Shown here one piece after another: positions 13,901-24,529 of a stretch of DNA of 64,000 bases. Every line of letters begins with the position of its first letter. The stretch's first letter is position 1. The stretch is from Aplysia californica (taxonomy: Eukaryota): NCBI RefSeq assembly GCF_000002075.1, contig NW_004797722.1, positions 258,783 to 322,782 on the forward strand. Reading direction: 5' to 3'. A program made the position numbers and the translations under genes. Below the pieces are notes generated by a model. The model did no database searches and was not told the DNA's origin. It saw nothing but the letters and a program-made list of their open reading frames with translations.

Positions 13901-16900
13901 GTTCTTTAGAGTTTATATGTAGTTTTTAAAAATCACTCTTTAGGCTTGTTTGAAATGACATGCACACACACATACATGTAGTTCAGTCTGTTTGGTATTG
14001 CATAATTTGCAGGGGCCTGACTCCAGAAGATGCTGAGCTGCGGTACTTGGAATACAGCAAGAAGATTGCCCTTTATGGTATGGATCTTCACAGAGCAAAG
14101 GTAAAAATAGTCAAACGTTGATTTTAAAAATTTTGTTTGGGTCATTAGGTCATTTATTGTGTTTGTATGAATTTGGAGCTTGTTTAAATGCTTTGTTTGT
14201 TTGGTGGGGGGGGGGGGGGGGGGGTGAAATGAAAGTAATTTGTATTGAGGAGTAAGAAGACATCACTTTCAAGTAATCAAGTGGGCCTAGACTGTAATAA
14301 TAATTGTGGTGCAGTTACTCCCCAAAAGCATTGTCAGCTTCTGGCAGTGGCTTGTTTTTCTTTTTTTTGCTTGTACAAACTGTGTACAACATTATGTGTA
14401 CTACTTAAAAGAGAGTGCCATGATATTTTTTTCAAATGAAGATATAAAACATTTCAATGTTTGAAAGTGGAATGAGAAATGCACCTTTTCATTTATAAGA
14501 TGTAAACTGTTGTATAATAATTGAATTCTGTTGCATATTTTCTCTATTATCTGTTAGGAAATATATCTTTTAAAAACATTCAAATTGTTGTTTATTAGTT
14601 TCTTCAAATCTTAACTTTCATTTGGTATTTGAAGTAAAATGCGCTGAATGTTTTCCCCCAGGACTCGGACTTTGTGGACATTATGTTGGGAGTGGGCGCC
14701 ACCGGCATCTCCGTGTACAGAGACAACTTAAGGATAAACAGATTCGTGTGGCCAAAGATCCTCAAAATCTCTTACAGACGGAACAAGTTTCTGTTGAGAA
14801 TTAGACCTGCCGAGGTAAGGCCAAAACAGTGTGTTTTTTTTGTGTGTGGCTACGCCATCAGCAAGCTGATCAAATGTTCAAAGCCTAGAAAACAAAAGTG
14901 TATTTATGTTGTTTTTTTTCTTGTTTTTTTCAACACTTAGAATTTGAACTTCGACGAGATATTTCTAGAACACATGCCACCTTTACCACAGGTTTAAGAA
15001 CTGCAATACAGAAAATTTTCAAAATTGTGGGCTTAGTGCATTTAAGATCTTGCTGACAATATATTGCTTCTTAAAGGAATGACCTCTCATGATTTAAGTG
15101 TGGTTTAGTCGTCCCTTTGAGTCGTAGTCCTTGAGCCTGCAGAATCTGTTGACTTAAATCGAAGCAGTCATGGCCTGATCGCTAGATTTAATTTACACAC
15201 TGAGACGTGCATTTAGTTTTGTTTGTTTTTTTGGAATTGTAATAGTTTCAAGCTCCCGTTGACACTGTATAGATCATTTAGGAGACGAGCTGCCTATTCA
15301 AGGGCTGACGCGTGCTGAGAGGGATGCAACGTCCTAGCAGAAAGATGGAGATGCTCAATAAAATTTTTGTCTGCATGGGAATCAAACTCATGTATTCTGC
15401 ATGCGCCATTGAAGCACCTAATTGCTACACCTCAGGTGCTAGTGGTTTTGGTTTTCAGAAGGGTAAAAGTAGATTGGTTCCCAAGACTGCAGTCCAAGCT
15501 TTTGTTAGATTCTTCTTTGCTCTTTGTTGTTTTCCCATATTTTGTTGAGGTTTTTTTTAATGCTCTTCTTCTTGTCACTGTATTACCAGTCACTGTTTTT
15601 GTGTGATTTTCATCCATTTCAATGAACTGACACTTATTTGAAGGCACATGATTTGTTTTCAGTTTGAAACCTATGAAAGTTGGATTGCTTTCCGCTTATC
15701 GAACAACAAACATGCCAAGAGATTGTGGAAGATAGCTGTGGAGCATCACGCTTTCTTACGGTAATACTCACAATCTTTGTCTGCTGGCTTATTGCAGTGA
15801 TTGCTGTGTTACAAGATTAACCATTTGGAGGGGAGGCTTCACTTCACATTGATCTTATTTTGAATGAAATGTAGAAGTTATAGAGGATTTTCAACTTTTA
15901 ATTACATTCTGTAAAGTTTTGTAACTGACAAACTTTTATATTATTCTTTGTCTTCTATTTACTAAATATGAACTTTCTACTAAATATCGAACCAACAGTT
16001 AAATGATTTGGCTGATTTTGTAAATCAAGCCTCAAGTTATGCTAAAATATAGTTGGTGATGAAAATAAGAATAGCAACTATGTTATTAACAATCTGTGGT
16101 GAACACACTTACGTGTTTCAGCTTTTATGGTGTTTTCATTCGCCCTGTTAATGGCAATTTGATGTTAAGACAGGCAAGACCTACAGATAAAAATAACAAA
16201 TGACAAATGAATAAGAGCAATGTACGATCTAATATCAGCTTCCTTAATTTGCCCACAGCTCTGTGGAAGTCACAGAGGCTTTTAAAAACAACACCACATA
16301 AAGAACTCGCTGGTTATACAGTTAGCCCTGGAGAATGTAGTCAAGCTTAGAGCTCTCAATACTCTGGGTTTTAGTCTGAGGGGCCCCAAAATGGAAGTGC
16401 TTTGAAGCATAAGCTGCTCGTTGGTGTACAGTACTAAGACATTCTTTTAAACTCAAGGACATGAAAGACCAATGTGAGGGTGCAGATAATATAAGGATGC
16501 CATTTTACCAGAAATTTCAATTCTTATATCTGTTGTCATGCAATCTCAAGGTTTTCTCTTTTGTCCTTCACCAGGTTGAGAACATCAGAAGATGCCAAGA
16601 AAAGATCAGGTTTCCCTCGATTTGGCTCCAAGTATCGCTACTCTGGTCGCACGCTGCATGAGACACGCAAAAATGCTTCAATGGCTGACCGTCCTTCCAA
16701 GCAGTTTGAGCGTACTCATAGTCGCCAGTCGCTCAACTCTGTCCTGAACAACAACAGAGCACGAAGTAGAGATAATTGTGAGTTGCTTACCTCTAGATCT
16801 GCTTGTTTCAGTTTGATTGAGCCAGTCATTTGAATTTTGGTCCCTGAGCCGACAAGACTTGTTAGCCTGAATGCTCTTTGCTTGACCGACCGCTAGATTT

Positions 16901-19900
16901 ACATAATTGTACACTGAAGCTTGTGTTTGGTTTTAAGAAAGGGCAAAAGTAGTTTGAATCCATAGACTCCAGGGTATGAACATTCTTCCCCATTGTACTG
17001 TTACTGAAATGACAACTTGCTGGTCTAAATGTTTGGAGTGCTCCTAAGCACAAGGGAGATCTTTTAAGTGAACACACTCTGCTACAGATAGGAGTGGTTC
17101 TTTTGGTGTGTGGAATGTACTTTCTTTTATTTGTACTCATTTTTGTGAGAGTCATAGGAGGCTTAACTTTGTTCATCAGATCTTTTCGAGAAGTCATGGT
17201 GTTCTAAATGATAGTAGTGGCTTGTAGGATACAAAGAAATGCAACATTACCAATTCACTATTGCAGGATATATCGTTCTGGTTGTATAACTAGATTTCTT
17301 ATGTGTGTATGTGTAGGGGATCTTATAGATTGATGTTAGAGATCAAGCAACCAATGTTATAGGCCGGATTTAAAAGCTTGGGCTTTAAAAAAAATGATTT
17401 GGGCCCTTCCCTGAGCAACAGTCTTCTTTGTGTTCCAGTAAGTTTGCTACCAATGTGTTGACTGTTCGTTCTACATTCCCATACTATAAATGGGAAGGGA
17501 AAATCTGAAATGTATAGATTGACTTCTGTCATATAGGCTATATATTATTATGACAACATTATGCAACAGTGTATTCCTATCTCCCTTTTTACGAACTCAA
17601 TGACTGAATGCAACTTTTTTTCTGTGGCCCTCCACAGCTAAAAAAAAATTCCATAGTTTTGTCACATTGGGTGGTTCTGTCATTAAAAACATTTTTAACA
17701 TTTTTAGATTTGTGAAAAAAAAGTACAAAAAGTATGTCACAACAAAAGTCTGGGCCTAATCTGAGAGGTTCTTTACTGGTACTTGTTTTGTTGATGTGAC
17801 ATGTCTTTTGCACCATTTGCATAGACAAGAGTGTGACTGTCAGTTTGAAGTGCAACGATCACTCTTTCACCCTCAGTGAATCACCATGAGCCGTACTTGG
17901 AACAAAGAAACCATCACCTACACAACATGTCGTTTGACACTGCCAGAGATGAGCGTGAACGTGGCGGTGCTCGCGACCGGGCTCCTGTCATCATGGATGA
18001 GAGGTTGGATGAGAGGCTGGATGATGGCCGCACACCCTTACAGTCCCCTCTTCCCAGAGAAGAATCTCCAAAATTCAACACACGCAATGTCATTAGGCAT
18101 AATGGTAAGTTTTAACTCAGGTTTTCTTTGCAAAGACAGTAGTCCTTCATAATTTTGATGTCATAGTCATAAACTGTAACATCCATGAAGCCTATTTTCT
18201 AGTAGAGAAATGTGGTGTACAAAATATTCTGCATAAGATGCAGCAGTTACATAATTCTTTGACTAGCTTTTGTTTTGTTAAATTATCTTGATTTAGTCGT
18301 TTGCTTGATGAGCTAAATTGTGACTATGCTTTTATTTTGTATCCATCTAATTTTTTTTTGTTCTTGTTTAATTATGGAAAGAATTTTCAATTTTCGGACA
18401 TATAATTCCATATTAGGATTACCTATATTCTCAGAAAGAGGTCTAAAAAATCTGTTCCAAGCAGGGTCCATATTTTATTTAGTTTTGTACCTTGTTGTCT
18501 TCCTTCAGTTGCATTTTGTGTTCCCTCTCTTTTTCCTGAAAAATTTTGTTTCTTTACTAATCACATCATATTTGGACAACATTGATTATTTACTATTCTC
18601 ATAAAATGTAGAAAATACTGAAATTTTAATGGCTTTCGTATGGATCGAGTTAAGGGTTTGAATGGACGACTCATAAAGGGGAATTGATTTGTTTGTCGGC
18701 TCTATTTCTTCCCAGTTTTTATGTGAAAGATGAACGAATTCTTTTTTTGCATTTAGAATCGAAGCAACCCTGTATTTTTCTTCTGATTCAAAAGTTCAAT
18801 AGGTTTTTGTTGATTGATATGCACTTCCTTGAGCAGAAAGAGGCTGATGTGTACTGAAGTTCATTCTCTTCTGTTTTTCATCTAGTTAGCTCTGATAAAC
18901 TGGGAAAGTTATCATACTCTTTTACTAGGTAGCAAAAACACGGCGTCGCTGGCACTCGCGGCCTTCTGAGGGCATGGTTACAGTGAAATCGGGGTAATTC
19001 AGATCGCTGTTACTTCGCTCTTTCCCTCTCAAACACCAAATGCTGTACACCCTGTAAAAGTTCAGCTTTTCCTCGTTACAATGGTGTAAGTTGTTTATAT
19101 GTCCAATTATTAGGAGCTGGAGAATCGCCGTGGAAAGCGAAGCCCCTTGCGGTTGGAATGCGTGGTTGGCCAGTTCAAAAATTGACATGCGTGTATTCAA
19201 ATGCTTTGCGGAAAGATTGATAATTATATACCGTCTTTTCATTGGCGGAGAAAGAATATTTTTGGCCTTTGGCGTTTAAATAGAAAGCATTTAAAAATAC
19301 TGTCAAAGTTTTCAAAAATCATTTTTTACACGAAATATGTAAAATACCGGCTCAAAAGAACAGTTCATTTTCTATTAGAATAAAGTAATAGGCTTGGAAT
19401 AATTTTGCATCAATCCTTCCGCGAAGCTCAGAAAGCATGTGACCCCCCACACGGAGAGCACTCAGCAAACTACAGAATAGAGCTGACTTGCGGGGGCTGG
19501 TGCGGCGCCGGCGGGGTCAATGCTCTGTGTTTTTGTAGAAAAAATGACAGATCATGTTTAATGCGATGAAATGTCTTGAAAAAAATTAGGCTCCATATCT
19601 ATGTTATAGTGATTGTACTCTGTTACTGTGGAGATGTTTGGTGCACTTGGTACTCTTTTATTGTCTGTCAAACATGGGGTTACAGCCAGTTACCTACTTT
19701 ACTTACTTTTACTTTTTCATCCTCTGTTGCCGTTAAGCGTCGAGGGGAGATGCAGCTTTCTATGGTAGGCCAGCTCCGCAGCTCTTTCAGTTGTGATGTT
19801 ATGTTTTCTTAGGGTTTCCTTGACACCCTCGATCCACCTTTTGCGTGGCCTTCCTCTTCCTTTATAGCCTGAGTGCTTGGTGTTGTAGGCTGTCAAGGCT

Positions 19901-22176
19901 GGCTGGTCAGGTGACATGCGTAACAGGTGGCCAAACCATTTTATCCTCTGTCTTTATATGTAACGCAGGCAGGACTCAGTGCCGATAGCTGCTCTTACTT
20001 CTTCATTTCTCTATCTGTCTCGTCTTGTGATGTTAAGGGTTTTGCGGAGACCTTTCATTTCGCATGCAGTGATTTTGCTTTCATGGGTTTTGCTTAAGGT
20101 CCAGGTCTGGCACTGATAACATAATGTTGGTATGAATATTGAGGTGATAAGCTGTCTCTTTGTGTCCATGGAGATGTTTGGATGAGATAGAAGAGGTGCG
20201 AGCTGGTGGGTGACAGCGTTGGCTTTTTGCGTTCGCATTTCTATTTCTCTGTCTATGGACCTGTTTTCAGAAAAAGTGCTGCCAAGATATTTAAACTCTC
20301 TCACCTGTTTCAGTTGTTTACTATTGACATGGATGTTCAGGGGACTATGGTTTCGGCTCACTTTCATAACTTCTGTTTCAGTTACCGACTTCAGCAAATT
20401 TGATCATGTTTAAAACAGCTACCATTTTCTTAAAAATTGACTGAAAGGTTAAAGAATGGTATAAAAATTCTCAGAAGATATGGTCGCTTTTAAGCACAAG
20501 GGGGCTTTCCCGAAAAATCTTATTTTGAGAAAATCGAAGATAAAGTTTTTCAAAGTTTTTGCCCCGTGTTAAGTTTCTTTAAAAGAATTCTGCCACGTCT
20601 GTGTACGAAGGGTGGCATAGCATGGGCAGTGCTGAAAGGTATGGTTGGCATCCTCTTGGATTTGTCCACATTCACAGATCGCGGACTCTCCTACTTTTAA
20701 TTTAGTGTGCATGTGGTGTTTAAGTCTGTTGTCGCCACAATGGAGTCGAAAGATTGTGACCTGGTCTGCTGTATTTAGTATGTAGTAGGGGTACTATCTC
20801 TAAGTAGTACAAGAATGTATAAAGAAATCCTTTGACGTATTTACTGTCTGAAACCTACTGTTGTTGTTTCTCATAGTTCACGAAGAGGAAGAAGATGACC
20901 TTGATGAAAGGCTGCCCTCTGCCCCTCAAGATTCCCCACGAGGTAGTCGGAGAAGGTCTCCTAGAGAGGAGCGAAGAGCACCTCCCATTCAATTACGGAG
21001 AGAATCACCAATCGGAGTGCGAAGGGCTTCCCCGGATGAAATGCGAAGAAGGTCTCCAAATGAAGTTCGAAGAGCATCACCAGATGAGGTTCGCAGAGCT
21101 TCCCCTAAAGAAGGTCGCAGAGTGTCTCCTCCACCCGTTCGCAGAGAGTCTCCTCCACCCGTTCGCAGAGAGTCTCCTCCACCAGTTCACAGAGCATCTC
21201 CTAAACAGTTACGCAGAGCATCGCCAGAAGCTGAGAGAAGGCCAGTGTCAAACCATGAGTCGAGAGGAGGTGTCGCGACCCCTTTGGCGGCTCTAATGAT
21301 TCCGAAACGACAGCAGGACTCTGATGAGGAAGATACTCAGAACTACAGCCCTCGAGGCAGTTTGGATTCCCTTGACCTGGAAGAAGATGAGCGCAAAGCC
21401 AAAGCCAAGCCGAAGCCAGAGGTGGCTCCGAAACCAGGGAAGGAAAAGCCTCCGGTGGCAAAGGTTTGTTTCTAGTTCTAGTGTTATTTTCTTTTTTCAG
21501 GCATAACTTTTATTCATTCAATATTCCAAATCTATTATGATAATGTTGGAAAACCTGAACAGATGGGTGATTGCGAAAAACTAAGATAATGTAATTTTTT
21601 TTAGAGCATCTTAGAAAAGAAATGAATGGTGAACCATGATTGCTGATGTCTGTTTCAGATCTGGCACATTATGATGACAGTTCTGATATAAAATGTATTT
21701 ACAGAAAGAAAAAGAAATGCTCTTGTCCTATCTCCTTTAGAAGTAAAATTTCAGAGAAATTGGCTAAGTGAAGGTGTTTTTACACCCTGTTTGATACTTA
21801 TTTCAAGCATGTCACAATCACAAAAAGAAATATCGTTCTCATGTGTTTACCGACCTACATTTTCTCTTTTCAGTATTTGGTAAAGGAAATTTTTTTGGGA
21901 GTTTTTTTCTTTGGAGACATCTACCAATTGATCAAAAACTTTCCGCATAGTTTTGTTCACTTATTCATTATTCTTTTCTGCAATTTTCAGAAACCCGAGA
22001 AGCCCCCAAAGCCGGAAAAGGCTCCCAAGCCAGAGAAACCTCCTAAACCAGAGAAGGCCCCTAAACCAGAGAAGGCCCCTAAACCAGAGAAGGCCCCAAA
22101 GCCATCGAAAAAGGAAAAGGAAGCTGCCAAGAAAAAGGATTCGAAGAAGGGGCCGATGACGGAGGTTTCACTGTAA
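7848..22176 (+). CDS. Protein 4.1 / EPB41 / coracle-family FERM-FA protein (13 coding exons, ~716 aa)
   Basis: Phase-consistent GT-AG join: 7848-7997, 9232-9345, 10243-10285, 11101-11176, 12015-12059, 12955-13134, 14013-14100, 14662-14814, 15663-15760, 16575-16777, 17877-18104, 20877-21463, 21991-22176 (2151 nt). Band 4.1 motifs: [75 protein letters not shown], and the FA motif [10 protein letters not shown]. Confidence 0.92.
9232..9345 (+). CDS. FERM gene exon ([28 protein letters not shown]...)
   Basis: TTGTCAG acceptor, CGG|GTGAG donor, FERM-N motif DYFGL. Confidence 0.92.
10243..10285 (+). CDS. FERM gene exon ([14 protein letters not shown])
   Basis: CTACAG acceptor, C|GTAAG donor, WLD..K.I.KQ motif. 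Confidence 0.88.
10300..10536. mobile_element. piggyBac-like MITE
   Basis: TTAA|CCCTATCCATACG ... CGTATGGATAGGG|TTAA: perfect 13-bp TIR with TTAA target duplication. Confidence 0.8.
11101..11176 (+). CDS. FERM gene exon ([25 protein letters not shown])
   Basis: GTTTCAG acceptor, AG|GTATGG donor, KFYPPDP motif. Confidence 0.92.
12015..12059 (+). CDS. FERM gene exon ([15 protein letters not shown])
   Basis: TTTCAG acceptor, AG|GTAAG donor, LQ.R.DI..GR motif. Confidence 0.9.
12955..13134 (+). CDS. FERM gene exon ([25 protein letters not shown]...LHRQHK)
   Basis: CTGTAG acceptor, AA|GTAAG donor, FERM central lobe. Confidence 0.93.
14013..14100 (+). CDS. FERM gene exon ([29 protein letters not shown])
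   Basis: TTGCAG acceptor, AAG|GTAAA donor. Confidence 0.92.
14662..14814 (+). CDS. FERM gene exon ([15 protein letters not shown]...[28 protein letters not shown])
   Basis: CCCCCAG acceptor, GAG|GTAAG donor, EPB41-type FERM-C lobe. Confidence 0.94.
15663..15760 (+). CDS. FERM gene exon ([12 protein letters not shown]...[16 protein letters not shown])
   Basis: TTTTCAG acceptor, CG|GTAAT donor. Confidence 0.92.
16575..16777 (+). CDS. FERM gene exon, FERM-adjacent (FA) domain
   Basis: CACCAG acceptor, T|GTGAG donor, [12 protein letters not shown]...FERT motif. Confidence 0.92.
17877..18104 (+). CDS. FERM gene exon, disordered linker (symmetric phase 1-1)
   Basis: CCCTCAG acceptor, G|GTAAG donor, open frame in phase, higher GC than flanks. 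Confidence 0.75.
19690..20400 (-). mobile_element. RTE-clade LINE 3' fragment (in FERM intron)
   Basis: Minus-strand ORF2 C-terminal motifs [23 protein letters not shown] and [17 protein letters not shown]; short tandem tail near 19690-19715. Confidence 0.85.
20877..21463 (+). CDS. FERM gene exon with tandem 8-aa RRxSP repeats
   Basis: CTCATAG acceptor, AAG|GTTTG donor, 587-nt open frame in phase with neighbours. Confidence 0.85.
21991..22176 (+). CDS. FERM gene probable terminal coding exon (KPEKxP repeats ...GPMTEVSL*)
   Basis: TTTTCAG acceptor, 18-nt tandem repeats, TAA at 22174-22176. A weak donor GAG|GTTTCA cannot be excluded. Confidence 0.75.
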   Translation, partial: KPEKPPKPEKAPKPEKPPKPEKAPKPEKAPKPEKAPKPSKKEKEAAKKKDSKKGPMTEVSL

Positions 22177-23631
22177 ATAAATATTTTGCGGTTGTTTTTT
22201 TTTAAAAAGGAAATTTTACAAATGTGAGGTCAGTGGCTTAATGTATATCGAAAATCAACTTACTTGTAAGCAGCTCAAAATTGATAGGATATGAAAATGA
22301 AAACTGGAGTTGCTCTTCTGATTGTTTCATGTTAAAATGCTGTTTCTTTTAACATATTTTTTAATGTGTGGTTTTTGATAATTAAAAAAATGAAGAGCTT
22401 TAATGAGATATTGTTGTGAGTAAAAGGTCTTCTCTTATTTGTTGGCAATATGTCTACTTCCTAATGCCGCTGCTGCCTGTGTCTTGGTATCTCTAAATGG
22501 CAGCACGTTCACAATGGTAACTCAATATTGCATGCTATAAAAGAACCGCCCTTCATTATTGAAGCCTGTATTTTACATCCACAGCGGATATTACACTCTT
22601 TTTTCTTTGTCATGGGTGTCTGAGCAGGCTTTTGTTCATGTTGACAAAACTTACATGCCATATTCTGTGGTCTGAGAATTGTATGGTTAGTGTTATTAAA
22701 TGTTATTGTCGGAAGTACGAATGTTGGTAATTTACTCTTGTATATTTTTCATTGTTGTTTGAAGTGTGAACTTTCAAAATGGTCACAGAAGTATGCCTGA
22801 AACTTTTATGTATTTGAGTATGAATCTTTGAATGAATTTTATTAATGACAGTGAGATCATACTGTAATATGATCAAGCTCTACAAATTGTCTTAGCCCTG
22901 TAAATTTCCTAAATTGATCACATTTGTGGTACAAGTGTGAGTCTTTCCAGTTGACCTTCAGGCCATCTTTATGACATTGTAGTGCAGAAGGTATGAATAC
23001 TATGCCATTGAGAACAGTGGAGCCTGTTGTAAAATGAAATGTGTGTATACTCTTTCATTTTCAGGCTGGTTTTGCCTTAATAAAAGGCTTAATAGTGGGT
23101 TCTTTAGCTCTTGCTTGTAAAGTCTAACAGGAAAAGAGATGAAAGTTCCATTTGATGTTATTATGTTTCTCTATATTTTCTTTGTTTTTCAGTTTGCTCT
23201 ATTTTTTGTGTTTCTGGCCTTCATTTTTTGTTGATCCATATTAACATGGTTCACTTACACAAGACTTTGTTTGACAATGAAACGCTATAATGATGTTGTA
23301 ACTTTTAATTACCTGACCATGTTGGTGTCAGATGTTTAAACATTAACATTTGTGAAGACTAATTTTAGATACCACAGAAAATTCATATTTTGTTTTTAAT
23401 GAACATACCATACTGAGTTTTGAAAGTTGGTCTACCTTAATGCTTTACAGGGTTTTAAGCAGGCATGCATATGGTAGTGAGTAAGGTGTTTTTATCTCTA
23501 TATTTTGTTGTAGGTGGACTTTGTTTTGGCATATCATTTTTATTTTACTGGAAAGGTTAGTTGTTTGTTTTTTTAATACAATCCTCACCATCCCTTTAAT
23601 TCTAGATATCAAGTAATATTGGCAAAGTATA

Positions 23632-23808
23632 CAGTCAAACCTGTGTAAAACGGCCACCCTTTATCAAGGAGAAAAGTGATTGTATAAGTATAACACTGGT
23701 GGCCGTCTTAGGCATGACTGATCAAAATGACGAAAACAAATCATTCTCTTCTGAGGTCCAAACCAGGGCTGATTTTAGGCTTGGGACTTTCGTAAGAAGA
23801 ATTAAAAA

Positions 23809-23839
<31 letters not shown>

Positions 23840-24529
23840 TTAAATTTAAAAAAAGGGGGGGGGTGTAAGAAAGGGTTGGGTTTTTTTTTTGTTGCTTAGT
23901 TGGTTTGGTTTTTTTTAGATAGCTTTCTTTTTGTTGCTGATTTTGTGCAAAGGTAAAATAAACAAAATATTATGTTAGAAAGAGGATGAAGACCGAGTCC
24001 CATGGTAAAACAAACACACGGGTCATCGCCTCTCGGAGATCGAGCGACGATTCTGTCGCAAGTTCACCTCAACGTCCGTGGTTACTTTGTGACAGATTAG
24101 GTAAACAAAACAGTGACCAGTCACCTTACACACGATTTGTGCATGAGTTGTGGGCGGAGCTTATACGTTATGATGGATCACGCTTCCCTCACCAGCCATT
24201 GAAAATTTATTGTTAAGCCTACCCATTGGTCAACTTGGGTAAATATTAATTGGAGGGGCTAACAATAACGACAGGTGAATGAATTATGACGGCCCGTCCA
24301 CAGCGTGAGGGGCCGATTCAAAATTTATGATAAAGCGTTGGGCGATGAATGACCTCACCTGGCCGCCTGAGGCAGGTAAATTTGACCGTGGGTTGATAAA
24401 ATAAGGTGGCTGCGGCCGTGTTGGACAGGTGACAGTTTTACACAGTTAAATTATATAGAAAAAAAAAACACAAGGTGGGAAACGGAAAGTGGCCATTTGT
24501 ACAGGTGGCCGTCATGGCAAGCTCGACTG
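23632..24529. mobile_element. Tc1/mariner-pogo-type MITE
   Basis: TA|CAGTCAAACCTG...CGGCCACC at left and GGTGGCCG...GCTCGACTG|TA at right. Confidence 0.7.

Noticed and set aside
18886-18929. Possible extra FERM micro-exon
   Set aside because: Would shift phase relative to the flanking phase-1 exons; donor is weak.
23193-23234. Possible alternative hydrophobic last exon of the FERM gene (FALFFVFLAFIFC*) after a strong polypyrimidine/AG
   Set aside because: T-rich UTR-like sequence gives such peptides by chance; too short for a transmembrane helix and needs a weak donor.
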